64,000 nt of DNA. Source: Candidatus Bathyarchaeota archaeon (GTDB taxonomy: Archaea > Thermoproteota > Bathyarchaeia > TCS64). Below are positions 21,093 to 31,016 of this stretch, piece after piece. The DNA is taken from NCBI GenBank assembly GCA_963771885.1, contig CAVYVF010000023.1, positions 416,001 to 480,000 on the forward strand, written 5' to 3'. A program made the translations under genes and the position numbers. Numbering within the stretch: position 1 is the first letter of the stretch; every line of letters starts with the position of its first letter. The notes beneath the pieces were generated by a model that worked only from the letters and a program-made list of their open reading frames with translations, made no database searches and had not been told where the DNA came from.

Positions 21093-22241
21093 ATGGAACT
21101 GTACGACAGGATCGAAGCAGCGGTCAAGGGAGGCACGTTCGACTACGTACTCGTGACGGGGGCGGACAACTTCGCCTACATGGCTGGGGCGGCTGTGCCG
21201 TTCCTCGCCCTCTACCCGAAGAGCCCCGTAGCGGTATTATGGCCGAAAAGGGGCGACCCGACGATAATAGTCCCCGAGGAGTGGGAGGAGACCATAGTCA
21301 CGCTCAGCAGCGTCAAGAAAGCAGTCACGTACAGCGGAGGCGTCGACGCCTTCACTGCGGCTGCCACAAGTCTGCTCAAGCATAAGAAGGAAGCACGAGT
21401 GGGCGTCGACCTCCTACGCATCTCCGACGCGACGCTCCAGAAGCTAAGGAAGCTTCTTCCCGACGCCGTGTGGGCGCCGGCGGACGGACTCATCCGAGAG
21501 CTACGCGCCGTTAAGACCGACGAGGAGCTAGAACTCCTCGAGGACGTCGCATACAGGGTCGACCACGGTATCTTCGGCACACAGCACCACGTACTCATCA
21601 CGAGTACACGCAGTGAGATGAGCCTCGGCGAGGAGGTACGCGTACACTGCCTTGAAAGGGGTCTCGATGTGGTCGCGGGGCACAGCGTCAGCCAAGGCGC
21701 GAGCGGAGTAAACGCTACCAAGTTCTGGCCAAGGGCTCCCTACTATGGCATCGGCCACGAGAAGAAACTCGCAGCGGGCGAATACGTCCGTATGGAAGCC
21801 CGGTACAGCATAGACGGTTACTGGGGCACAGGGAGCCGCCTGATGACTCAGGGCTACCCGACCGCTGAGCAGAGGGAGGCCTATAACACCTTGGTCGCCC
21901 TTAGGGAAGCAGCCCTCGCGGCGATAAAGCCCGGCGCCAAGTGCAGCTCCGTCTACAAGGAGATGAAGGCAGAGGCGAAAAGGCGTAGCGCCAAGCTCGT
22001 CGAGGGACTAGCACTCGGACACGGTATAGGAGTCGCCGACGTCGAGGCGCCGTACCTCTCCGCCAAGGACGACACTGTGCTCTGTCCAGGGATGGCCATC
22101 GTCATCCGCCCCGTCATCGAGGGGCCGAAGGGAGAGCTGCTGTGGAGCAGTGACACCGTCGTCGTCGAGGAGGATGGTCCACGCGTCGTGGGCTGGTACA
22201 AGGATTGGCGCGCCCCCTACGTAGCCAACTACACCCTATAG
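21093..22241 (+). CDS. Second M24 family paralogue with degenerate metal site
   Basis: DNFAYMAG, LRAVKTDEE, GYWGTGSR, GHGIGV..EAP; GGAGG RBS upstream. Confidence 0.8.
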   Translation: MELYDRIEAAVKGGTFDYVLVTGADNFAYMAGAAVPFLALYPKSPVAVLWPKRGDPTIIVPEEWEETIVTLSSVKKAVTYSGGVDAFTAAATSLLKHKKEARVGVDLLRISDATLQKLRKLLPDAVWAPADGLIRELRAVKTDEELELLEDVAYRVDHGIFGTQHHVLITSTRSEMSLGEEVRVHCLERGLDVVAGHSVSQGASGVNATKFWPRAPYYGIGHEKKLAAGEYVRMEARYSIDGYWGTGSRLMTQGYPTAEQREAYNTLVALREAALAAIKPGAKCSSVYKEMKAEAKRRSAKLVEGLALGHGIGVADVEAPYLSAKDDTVLCPGMAIVIRPVIEGPKGELLWSSDTVVVEEDGPRVVGWYKDWRAPYVANYTL

Positions 22242-22251
22242 GTGCTACGGC

Positions 22252-23202
22252 GTGTCACTGAACGTAGCCGGCGCGGAAGTTCAGCCGGGAACCAGGGCTA
22301 GGGGATACCTCCGCGTCTCGGAGGCATCCACACACGAGGTCACGGTTCCATGGGTCGCCTTCAACGGCCTCTTCCCGGGGCCAACCCTCTGCGTCATTGG
22401 AGGCGTCCATAGCCTCGAATCCACCCCCATTGAGGGGCTCTTCAGGATAATCGACGAGCTTGACCCGTCGAATATGATGGGGAGGCTCTTAATCGTCCCA
22501 TTCGTCAACTCCACTGGGTTCAACGCCCGCACGCCATACGATAACCCGTGGGACCACCTCAACCAGAACAGGGTCTGGCCCGGCGACGCAGAGGGACCGT
22601 TGACAAAGCGGGTGGCGCACGCCGTCTGGAGCGAGTTCCTCGCGAAGGCTGATGCGGTTGTCGACGCCCACTCCGCCGACCTCGGCGAGGATGCAACACG
22701 CAGTGTCTTCATCTTCAAAACGGGGGATGAGGCGCTGAGGGGCAGGATGCTGGACATGGCGGGGTGCTGGGATGTCGACTACATCGAGACCGCGGCGGTG
22801 GCGGGCAACACGGGCGAAGTCGTGCCCCGCCTAGGCGTCCCATGCGTCATGACAGAGTCCGGCGCCCCATACCCTCTCAGGGAGAAGGACGCCTGGTGGT
22901 TCGCCAAGGGCATCTACAACCTCATGCGCCACCTCGGCATAACCCCCGGCGACCCGGTCGTCAGGAAGGTGCCCGTCGACCCAGAGTCCCGCCGACTCTA
23001 TGCCACTCGGGGAGGGGCCTGGAGAAAGCTAGTCGAGGCTGGCACAAAGGTGAAGGAGGGACAGCGCCTAGGCACCGTCTATAGCCTCGTAGGGGAGAAC
23101 CTGCAGGAGGTCCACGCCCCATTCGACGGCACCGTGACTTTCCTACGCACCCACTTCAGTGTCAACGAGGGCGACACTCTCCTCTGGCTGACCCGAGTGT
23201 GA
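22252..23202 (+). CDS. Succinylglutamate desuccinylase/aspartoacylase (M14-like) family protein
   Basis: GGVHSLE, NQNRVWPG, DAHS, TESG, C-terminal barrel-sandwich hybrid domain. Confidence 0.88.
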   Translation: MSLNVAGAEVQPGTRARGYLRVSEASTHEVTVPWVAFNGLFPGPTLCVIGGVHSLESTPIEGLFRIIDELDPSNMMGRLLIVPFVNSTGFNARTPYDNPWDHLNQNRVWPGDAEGPLTKRVAHAVWSEFLAKADAVVDAHSADLGEDATRSVFIFKTGDEALRGRMLDMAGCWDVDYIETAAVAGNTGEVVPRLGVPCVMTESGAPYPLREKDAWWFAKGIYNLMRHLGITPGDPVVRKVPVDPESRRLYATRGGAWRKLVEAGTKVKEGQRLGTVYSLVGENLQEVHAPFDGTVTFLRTHFSVNEGDTLLWLTRV

Positions 23203-23394
23203 GCAGGTTGGCAGCCCACCTGCGGCTATAGCGTCATGGAATGTGTAACAAGGGCTCTTGGATTGGAGCTTCCGCTCCTGATGTGCCCAGTATCGAAGCG
23301 TGTAAAATAGCCTGGAGTTAACAGAACTCGGCGACAGTTCTTTAATACACCAAACGTAGGTTTCTGTGAGGCAACCCTACGAGGAGTGCCCATA

Positions 23395-24609
23395 ATGTAC
23401 GACTTTCTAACTTTAGACGACGTAGAGGTGAAGGGGAAGAGAGTCTTCCTCCGCGTAGATATCAACAGCCCCCTCGACCCGGCGTCGAAGAGGATACTAG
23501 ACGATGCAAGGATAAGGGCGACGGAGGCAACCCTCAGAGGATCTCAAGGAGGCGAAGGTTGTAATAGGCGCGCACCAGAGCCGCCCCGGCAAGTACGACT
23601 TCACCAACCTCGAGGCCCACACCCGTGTGATTCAGATGTACCACGGGAACAAGGTAAAGTTCGTTGAGGACATCGACGGTCCCAAGGCGCAGGACGCCAT
23701 AAAGGCGTTAAAGGTCGGAGAGGTCCTCGTCTTAAACAACATGCGTATGCACAAGGACGAGAATCTCGACGCGCCTCCGGAGAATCTCGCCGAGACGGGG
23801 CTCGTCAAGACACTCGCTCCCCTCTTCGACCTCTGCGTAAACGATGCCTTCGCCGCGGCACACAGGGGTTCGGCGAGCCTCACGGCCTTCGGCGAGGTCA
23901 TGCCGATGGCGGCTGGCAGGCTCATGGAGAAGGAGCTTACGGCCCTCAACAAGGTCATCTACAACCCATCGCGCCCCACTGTCTACCTCCTCGGAGGCGC
24001 CAAGGTCGACGACCGCATCCCCGTAATCAATAGGGTCCTCAAGGACAAGATAGCCGACCATATACTCATCGGCGGCCTCATCAGGGACAGCTTCCACATG
24101 GCAAGTGGCGCTATGCCCGAGCGTTATCGCCAAGCTCAAGGAGGAGGATAAAAAGCTCGTCGCCGAGGCAGGCGTGATTCTAAAGAAGTACAAGAAAAAC
24201 ATCGAGCTCCCCGTTGGACGTCGCCCTCGATACGAAGGGCGGACGCATCGAGGTCCTCACAAGCCAGATCACGGACGAGACCAACATCTACGATGTAGGC
24301 CTGAACACGGTGGCGAAGTTCAGCAAGTTCATCCGCGAGGCGGGCACAGTCGTCGCCGAGGGCCCACTCGGCATGTTCGAGCGCCGCGGCTTCGACGTCG
24401 GCACGAAGGAGCTGCTGCGCGTCATGGCTGAGGCTCCCGGCTACACCGTCGTAGGGGGAGGCCATATGGGCGGGCTCGCCAGCATGCTCGGCATCGACGT
24501 CAAGATGAAGCACGTCAGCACCGGCGGCGGAGCCATGCTGAGCCTCCTCGCGGGTGAGGAGCTGCCAGTCATCGAGGCGATGGCTAAGGCGAAGAAGCGC
24601 TGGGGCTAG
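23395..24609 (+). CDS. pgk: Phosphoglycerate kinase (three single-base frameshifts at ~23536, ~24128, ~24216, probably artefacts)
   Basis: LRVDINSP, AHQSRPG, NDAFAAAHR, LGGAKVDD, GPLGMFE, GGGH, HVSTGGGA across four successive segments. Confidence 0.92.
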
Positions 24610-25115
24610 ATGCGGCGAAGGACCTGCAACTGCATCTGGGCGTAGATGGGTTGTTCGTTGTACTTTATGAGAGGCACATAGTTCCATGGCAGCTTGTCGT
24701 AGCTTCCGAACAGCCTATCCATCTTCAGGGCTAGGTAGCTCTCACCGAGGTCCTCGATGGCGTATGTCAGGTCAGTGAGTGCCTCGTTGAGCCAGCCCGT
24801 CCTCGGAGGCGCCGCGAGTCGTTGGTACTGTATCCCGTACTTGATTAGATCGGGTTCCTTGAACTTGGTGAAGACCTGGTCCCTGCCTGTTGACCATGCA
24901 GTCGAGGATAGGCTCGCCTGCTTCTCGGAGAGTCCCGCTTGTCTGGCTATCTTCTTGACGCTGAGCGGCTCGATGACGGGCTTAGTCGTAACCTCGTAGA
25001 GGATCTTCCTCGAGTGGCGACCGAACTGCATATCCTCGAGCTCGTCCTTCGTCTTGAGCTTGAATGTGCCCTCGTTGAGCATCCTTATCGCTTCAACGCC
25101 AATTATCGGAGCCAA
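24606..25115 (-). CDS. Hypothetical protein
   Basis: 169-aa ORF convergent with pgk, host-like codon usage; possible HTH-like SVKKIARQAGLSEKQA. Confidence 0.6.
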   Translation of the reverse strand: MAPIIGVEAIRMLNEGTFKLKTKDELEDMQFGRHSRKILYEVTTKPVIEPLSVKKIARQAGLSEKQASLSSTAWSTGRDQVFTKFKEPDLIKYGIQYQRLAAPPRTGWLNEALTDLTYAIEDLGESYLALKMDRLFGSYDKLPWNYVPLIKYNEQPIYAQMQLQVLRRI

Positions 25116-25297
25116 CTAGCCGTCTTCACCGTTATGGGCGGACGCCAAGGCGTCCCAATAGACACTTCTACACCGTTCCTTTTAGCTTCACCGCCTAGCA
25201 AACCGTAGGTAAAACGTCGTAATCGGTCTTTTTCATGCGTTTTTTATTCGCCCTTGGGGGATAAAGATAAAACGAAGCCCCGCGATTAACCGGGTGC

Positions 25298-25375
25298 GGG
25301 ATCGTAGTCTAGCTTGGTTAGGATACGCGGCTTGGGCCCGCGTGGTCCCCGGTTCAAGTCCGGGCGATCCCACCA
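25298..25375 (+). tRNA. tRNA-Pro(TGG), CCA encoded, no intron
   Basis: Acceptor GGGATCG/CGATCCC, anticodon arm CGCGG-CTTGGGC-CCGCG, T arm CCCGG-TTCAAGT-CCGGG. Confidence 0.97.
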
Positions 25376-25451
25376 CCTTCACCTACCGGGGTACTTCGGG
25401 GCTTCGAACCATTTTTAAGGACTCTCGGCGACGTGGCGATCGGTGTGAGCT

Positions 25452-25787
25452 ATGGTGAAGACGATGATGAGTCCCTGCGGGCTGGACTGCGGCGGATGCG
25501 AGTGGTATACCGGTGGGAAGCAGCCGAAATGCGCCGGCTGCTTAGCGATAGAGGGTAAGCCCTTCTGGGGCACGTGTCCGACCTACACCTGTGTTCAGGA
25601 TCATAAGGCTAAGCATTGCGGCGCATGCGCCGAGTTTCCTTGCGAGAAATTCGTGAACGCTTTCGACCCGAACGACGCCGAGGGTAAAAGGAGCGCCGTC
25701 TACCGCGCCGGCGTCGAGGCATACCGTGCCCGCCACGGCGACGAGAAGGCTACTGAACTGGTCAAGGCTACCTCGAAGTCTCACTGA
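25452..25787 (+). CDS. DUF3795-like Cys-rich protein
   Basis: CGLDCGGC, CAGC, CPTYTC, HCGACAEFPC. Confidence 0.85.
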   Translation: MVKTMMSPCGLDCGGCEWYTGGKQPKCAGCLAIEGKPFWGTCPTYTCVQDHKAKHCGACAEFPCEKFVNAFDPNDAEGKRSAVYRAGVEAYRARHGDEKATELVKATSKSH

Positions 25788-25811
25788 GCCGACCGCGCGC
25801 CGCCGTGAAGA

Positions 25812-25817
25812 TTTAAA
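25812..25817 (+). promoter_or_regulatory. TATA box of tRNA-Cys
   Basis: TTTAAA ending 28 nt before the tRNA start. Confidence 0.6.
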
Positions 25818-25844
25818 TCCATCTCCCCCGCTAAGTTGTTGCGC

Positions 25845-25917
25845 GCCGGGTTGGCTGAGCGGTTTAGGCGGCTGCCTGCAGAGCAGCTCTACGGGGGTTC
25901 GAATCCCTCGCCCGGCT
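25845..25917 (+). tRNA. tRNA-Cys(GCA)
   Basis: Acceptor GCCGGGT/GCCCGGC plus discriminator T, anticodon arm GCTGC-CTGCAGA-GCAGC, T arm GGGGG-TTCGAAT-CCCTC. Confidence 0.96.
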
Positions 25918-26124
25918 CTTTTACTTATTTGTGAAAGATTTGATTTTATAGCATTGTTTATCCGAATAATCGTTTTTGCAGCAGCGCGGGTGGGTGGCTT
26001 CGTAGGCCAGCTGCTTCGGAACAAGAAGATAATCGAGGAGCTGGATAGGGGAGGCTGGTCTAAGAAAGACCTCCCCTCATGGGTGGGCTCCAGAGATCGC
26101 TGAGGCTGAGAAGGCAGGGGCAGA

Positions 26125-26187
26125 GACCGCTGGAGGTGGCTCAAAGACCGCTGGAGGTGGCTCAGCAACCGCTGGAGGGGGCTCAGC
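26125..26187 (+). repeat. Three tandem 21-bp repeats
   Basis: GACCGCTGGAGGTGGCTCAAA / GACCGCTGGAGGTGGCTCAGC / AACCGCTGGAGGGGGCTCAGC. Confidence 0.9.
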
Positions 26188-26281
26188 ACCCCTGAAGACC
26201 CTCGAAACGCTGGCTGAGGGCGCTGGCTCGGAGCGACAGCCCCTGGAACTGCTCCCTACGCCTAAGCCGGCCCAGGGAGAA

Positions 26282-26376
26282 AGCTCAGCGCAGCGCAGCG
26301 GAGCTCAGCCAGCTCAGCGCAGCGCAGCGGAGCGCAGCGCAGCGGCTCAGCCAGCCTCAGCCAGCTCAGCGCAGCC
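26282..26376 (+). repeat. Degenerate CAGCG/CAGCT pentamer array
   Basis: AGCTCAGCGCAGCGCAGCGGAGC occurs twice, with further CAGCG/CAGCC units. Confidence 0.85.
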
Positions 26377-26444
26377 CAGGCCCTCTCAGCCGCCTCCAGG
26401 GGAGCTGAGCCAGATGCCTGCCGAGGGTGAGGCCCCCCTAGGGG

Positions 26445-26858
26445 GTGACCCCAGGGGTGACTGAGCCCGCCGCGAGGGGCCTCCTCATTTCAGGTGGCAG
26501 GTACTACAAGCAGGTGCAGGCGGCCGACGGCGGCACCGCCTTCCGCGAAGTGAAGGTCCCCACGGAGGTTCTTCTCGCGGAGAAGATGGCCGCCCCCGGG
26601 AACGCGGCTGAGATGGTTATGAAGACGATGGAGGCGGAGAGCCAGGCCCTCATCAGGAAGGTGGCCCTCAACCCCAACGTCTACACCAGCTTCAACTGGA
26701 TGAGGGCCAAGGGGTACCTCGAGGAGAAGGCTTACATGGGCGACTTCATCAACGACGCGGTGATCTTCTATATGGACAAGGGCTTCGGCATGAGGGTCGC
26801 CGTCATCACGGACCCCCGCAGAAGCATCATGGGCCTCCTCAACGAGGCGCGCGCATAG
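26445..26858 (+). CDS. Hypothetical protein with possible C-terminal ribbon-helix-helix domain; may extend upstream to ~25990 through two G-run frameshifts
   Basis: IRKVALNPNVYTSFNWMRAKG...MGDFINDAVIFYM strand-helix-helix pattern (inference). Confidence 0.55.
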   Translation: MTPGVTEPAARGLLISGGRYYKQVQAADGGTAFREVKVPTEVLLAEKMAAPGNAAEMVMKTMEAESQALIRKVALNPNVYTSFNWMRAKGYLEEKAYMGDFINDAVIFYMDKGFGMRVAVITDPRRSIMGLLNEARA

Positions 26859-26873
26859 CTGTGTCCAACGATT

Positions 26874-27830
26874 TTATAGCCAGCCCATACGCTCCCGGAG
26901 ACCTAGAATGTGAGCCATATGGTGCCGACCATGCCATGCATATGCCCCAATATTCAAACCCTTGCTCCAGAAGTAGTAGTTCCGCCGAGTCGTGAAGCCG
27001 GTGGCCTCGTAGAGCCGGTTTGCCGCTGGGGTATCCGCAGCACCGCCTATGTAGAGGAGAGTTGGTTCGTACACGTTGAGGCGCTTGAAGCCTTCGCAGA
27101 GGAGCGCCTTAGCGAGCCCGAGGTCCTGATACCTTGGCAGCGTGCCCATCGGCTCAAGCTCCGCTATACCGCTCGGCTCGTCCAGCCTGAATGTGCAGAA
27201 GGCTGCTATCTCGTCACGACTATCCACCGCGACGAGGTCTAGATTATCGTGGTAGAATGACGCGCTTGAAATTTCCTTAATCATGTCTCCGTTGAACCAC
27301 TCGCCATGGCCAAAGACAATTCTAACGGCGCGCGCTAGTTCATCAAAATCCCCGGGGTCGACTGAGCGGATCGTGAAGCCATCCGGGAGTCGATACACCG
27401 GTATTGGTGCATTAACGTCTCGGAGGCGAAGTACACCGTAGACCTTGCCCTTCTCGAATCCATGTCGGCGCAGAGTGTTCTCCCTCTCCGGATCCCCTTC
27501 GAGTGTAATGATCGATAGCCTCTCCTCCTCGGCGTAGTGTCCATCGATCCAGCCAATGATCTCGGTGTAGAGGTGGGTGTGATTAGGATGAACTTGTATG
27601 AAGAAGCGAAGCTTCTCCTCCGGCGTCACAGCGGCGACTATCCGGCCACTTCGGGTCTTCCAGATGCGTGTGTCCGCCTCATTTCCTTTAGCGCTGTTCT
27701 CAAATCGGGGTGGCAGCCAGTTCTGCAGGCTCCCGTCTCAACGTATGTCTCGCGGAGGAACCCCATAACTGCCTCAAAGTCCTCTGAGTGCCTGTATGGT
27801 CGCGAGTTATACTCGGAGGCTAAATGGCGC
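26874..27830 (-). CDS. GNAT family N-acetyltransferase (frameshift near 27730; C-terminal tail may also be frameshifted)
   Basis: Joining frames gives ETG-SLQNWLPPRFEN...IVAAVTPE; EPMGTLPRYQDLGLAKALL and ANRLYEATGF. Confidence 0.82.
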
Positions 27831-27863
27831 ATCTCAACCACCTAAATATGCCCTCTTAGAGGG

Positions 27864-28301
27864 ATGAAACTTATGTGGATCGCTTACGTCTCAATGAACA
27901 CCATGACGATAAAGATCACGCGGATAAAAGGTCTTAAACTGAAGGCTGAGATTGACGGCTTCGAGATAATCGCCGGAAGGATTGATGATAACACGCCTCC
28001 GGAGGGTCCCTCCCCTTCGAAGTTGATGATTGCCTCGCTAGGCCTCTGCGTAGGGCTTTACGCGGCGCACTACTTGAAGAGGCATAACATCAGTGACGAT
28101 GGCCTCACCGTTGACGTTGATACAGAGGACGCGAACGACCCAAGCCGGGTGGTCAAATTCGATGTAAGAGTCAACCTCAAGGCGGAACTCACTGAGCAGG
28201 AGAAGGCGGGGCTCCTCGCCTCGGTCAGTAGGTGCTACGTTGGCAACACCCTGAAGGCGACGCCCGATATCAACTACTCTCTCAACTTGATGACGCCGTG
28301 A
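27864..28301 (+). CDS. OsmC/Ohr family protein
   Basis: GPSP..L..ASLGLC and C.VGNTL; start may be ~27894-27903. Confidence 0.88.
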   Translation: MKLMWIAYVSMNTMTIKITRIKGLKLKAEIDGFEIIAGRIDDNTPPEGPSPSKLMIASLGLCVGLYAAHYLKRHNISDDGLTVDVDTEDANDPSRVVKFDVRVNLKAELTEQEKAGLLASVSRCYVGNTLKATPDINYSLNLMTP

Positions 28302-28359
28302 TGCGGATCGATTTCCCCGTCTCTTAAATAACCTGAGACGCTTTTTTTACCCGTTACAA

Positions 28360-29718
28360 ATGTCAGGAGCCTCCAACCGCATAGTCATCATCGGTCTCGG
28401 CACAGGTGGCCTCCACGCGATAAGGTCGGCCCAGAAGCAGGACCGGAACGTCGATATTTCCGTTGTTGAGCGGCGGAGCTACGACATGTTCAGTCCCTGC
28501 GGCCTCCCTTACGCGGTAGGCAAGATGGTCGAGAGCTTCGAGGCCCTCAAGCACACGATACCCACGACGAGGAGGATGAAGAAGCTTCTACGCCACGAGG
28601 CACGCCGAATCGACTTGAAGGGCCGCTATGTGGAGGTAGCCGACCTCGAAGGCGGCGAGGCGAAGAGACTGGACTACGACCACCTCATCATAGCCACTGG
28701 GAGTAGACCAATTCTACTTGAGGTTCCAGGGACACGCGAGTTATGGGGTAAGGGTGTCCACGTCGTTTCGAACCCTGAGAATGCCCGAGTTCTCCAAGAG
28801 CACGCCCTGAGGAGCAAACGAGCAGTCATCATCGGCGGAGGCGCAATAGGGCTTGAGATAGCTGCTGCCCTCAAATCCCTTGGCCTCGACGTAATAGTCA
28901 CGAAGAGGAGCCTCCCACCATTTCCGCGCAACCTCGACCCAGATATGGGGGAGGTCGTCGGAGAGCACCTCGGAGCGCACGGATGCCGACTCCTCTTCGG
29001 TCAGGACGTCGACAGTATAAACGGCGTCGAGTATGTAGAGAGCGTCACCATTGGCGGTGAGGACATCCCGACAGACATCGTCGTACTCGCCTTAGGCGTT
29101 GAGCCCGAGTCGACGCTTGCAGCTGAAGCGGGACTGCGTATAGTCGACGGCGCCGTCTGGACGAATGAGAAGATGGAGACGAGTGCCCCCGGCGTCTACG
29201 CCGTCGGTGAGTGCGCTCAGACCTTCAGTGGCATCGACGGCTCTAAAATCAAGATAGACCTCGCAACCACCGCGTTTAAGCAGGCCGTGGTAGCGGGTGC
29301 GAACGCAGCGGGAGGAAGCCAGGTCTTCCCTGGCGCCTTCGGCACATTCGTATCACACATCGGCACTCTCGAGGTCGCCTCAACGGGCCTAAACACACCC
29401 GCAGCTGAGGCGAAGGGGTTCAAAGTCGTCTCTGGGAGGGCACGCCTAAGCAGCAAGCCTAAGTGGATGCCCGACTCCAAGGAGGTGACAATAAAAGTCA
29501 TCGCCGAAGCGAGGACGGGGAGGATAATTGGGGGGCAGGCGATAGGTGGGGAAGGCGCAGCGTGGAGGGTCAACATGATAGCTGAGGCACTCAGGATGCG
29601 TATGACGCTTCAGGAGTTCGCCTCGCTTGAACTCGCGTACTGCCCTGCAGTTTCGGAGCTGTACGACCCGCTGCTAGCGGCGGTCGACGTCGCTTTGCAG
29701 AGGGTGGGGGCTACTTGA
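28360..29718 (+). CDS. CoA-disulfide reductase/NADH oxidase family flavoprotein
   Basis: SPCGLPY, IATGSRP, GGGAIGLE, YAVGEC, LAYCPAVS. Confidence 0.9.
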   Translation: MSGASNRIVIIGLGTGGLHAIRSAQKQDRNVDISVVERRSYDMFSPCGLPYAVGKMVESFEALKHTIPTTRRMKKLLRHEARRIDLKGRYVEVADLEGGEAKRLDYDHLIIATGSRPILLEVPGTRELWGKGVHVVSNPENARVLQEHALRSKRAVIIGGGAIGLEIAAALKSLGLDVIVTKRSLPPFPRNLDPDMGEVVGEHLGAHGCRLLFGQDVDSINGVEYVESVTIGGEDIPTDIVVLALGVEPESTLAAEAGLRIVDGAVWTNEKMETSAPGVYAVGECAQTFSGIDGSKIKIDLATTAFKQAVVAGANAAGGSQVFPGAFGTFVSHIGTLEVASTGLNTPAAEAKGFKVVSGRARLSSKPKWMPDSKEVTIKVIAEARTGRIIGGQAIGGEGAAWRVNMIAEALRMRMTLQEFASLELAYCPAVSELYDPLLAAVDVALQRVGAT

Positions 29719-30088
29719 CGACCTTGCCGTCCTCGAGGTAGACGATGTCCTCCTCAGGGGGTGCCCAGATCTCTATCATCTTGAAGCCCTTTGGGCCCGA
29801 TCCGATGACACCATGAATGTCCTTCGGGGACAGGTAGGCGATGTCACCCGCGTGGAGAAGGTGCTCCTCACTGTTCAAGTGGATGCGCGCCTCCCCCTCG
29901 AGGACGATGTAGGCGCTCTCCCTCTTCTCATGATAATGTACACGCTTCGTAGAGAAGCCGGGGTGGTACTCGTACTCGAGGGCCACCAGCTTCGACGCGC
30001 CTAGGTCCTTGTTCACGAGGACGTAGGTATCGCTGACGCCGGGACGCGACGTCTTCTTCGCTTCCTTAATGTTGAAAATCTTCGACAT
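29711..30088 (-). CDS. Cupin domain protein
   Basis: HYHEKRESAYIVLEG, GDIAY..P...H. Confidence 0.88.
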   Translation of the reverse strand: MSKIFNIKEAKKTSRPGVSDTYVLVNKDLGASKLVALEYEYHPGFSTKRVHYHEKRESAYIVLEGEARIHLNSEEHLLHAGDIAYLSPKDIHGVIGSGPKGFKMIEIWAPPEEDIVYLEDGKVVK

Positions 30089-30176
30089 GGGCTTCTAATA
30101 GTGCCTATTCGTGTTTAAGGCTGCGCCTAAGCCCATTTAAGTCGGATCCGACTGGAAATTATTCCGTGGACCGGCG

Positions 30177-30779
30177 ATGAGGTCGGGTGTAATTCTGGCG
30201 GGAGGTAGGTCTAGCCGCATGGGCGCGGACAAGGGCCTCATCCCTCTGTCAGGTAAACCCATAGTCTCTCATGTCGCCGAGCGCCTGGCACAGGCTGTCG
30301 ATGAGGTCATAATCGTCGTCTGCACGGTCTCACAGGCGGAGGCATACCGCGCCCTCGGGTTACACGTCTTAACCGACATCACCCCCAGCAACACGCCCCT
30401 CGTCGGCGCCTACACAGGGCTAGCAACAGCCAAGGGTAGCTACACATTTCTTGCCGCCGGTGACCAGCCGCTCCTCGATCCACGCGTCGTCGAGCTACTC
30501 TTCGCAGAGGCCGAGGGGTACGACGCGGCAACGCCAATATGGCCAAACGGTTGGGTCGAGCCGCTCCATAGTGTCTACGCGACTGAGCCTACCGCTGATC
30601 TCGCACGGCGCCTAATTGACGCGGACGAGAAGAGGCTCCGACTCCTCATAGACGGACTCAGAAATGTCAATAGGGTGCCAATCGAAGCCGTGAAGGCGAT
30701 TGACCCGGAGCTGCGCACGCTAATGGATGTAGACACGGCTGAAGAACTTGAGCGGATCAAGTGCCTTATAGAAAACTAG
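30177..30779 (+). CDS. mobA: Molybdenum cofactor guanylyltransferase
   Basis: ILAGGRSSRMGADKG, PLVG, D.P, EPLHSVY, DT.EEL. Confidence 0.92.
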   Translation: MRSGVILAGGRSSRMGADKGLIPLSGKPIVSHVAERLAQAVDEVIIVVCTVSQAEAYRALGLHVLTDITPSNTPLVGAYTGLATAKGSYTFLAAGDQPLLDPRVVELLFAEAEGYDAATPIWPNGWVEPLHSVYATEPTADLARRLIDADEKRLRLLIDGLRNVNRVPIEAVKAIDPELRTLMDVDTAEELERIKCLIEN

Positions 30780-31016
30780 CAAAATGTGGCGGAAGTCAAT
30801 AAGCTTAGAATATGACCCTTTCGTGGAAAGAAGCCCGTTTACTTGTCTGTTCGCAGATTACTATATACTAGGCGGGTACTTTACACCCTGCTTTAATTGG
30901 CCGTCCCCTACTCCCTTGAAGCCAACTTCCACTTAACAAGATTGTGTCAACATATAGTGATCAACGAAACCAAAAGTATATAAGACGCGTAAGGTGAGAT
31001 GGCTTTTAAAATGTAG

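Noticed and set aside
23395..24609. pgk (and other split genes) as true pseudogenes
   Set aside because: All motifs are intact with no premature stops once single bases are removed, and the same defect recurs window-wide, pointing to consensus error.
25298..25917. Frameshift-suppressor tRNAs, or tRNA-derived att duplications
   Set aside because: Both anticodon loops are the normal 7 nt, and no second copy of either tRNA 3' end was seen in the window.
26125..26376. CRISPR array
   Set aside because: Units are head-to-tail with no unique spacers, and no cas genes are nearby.
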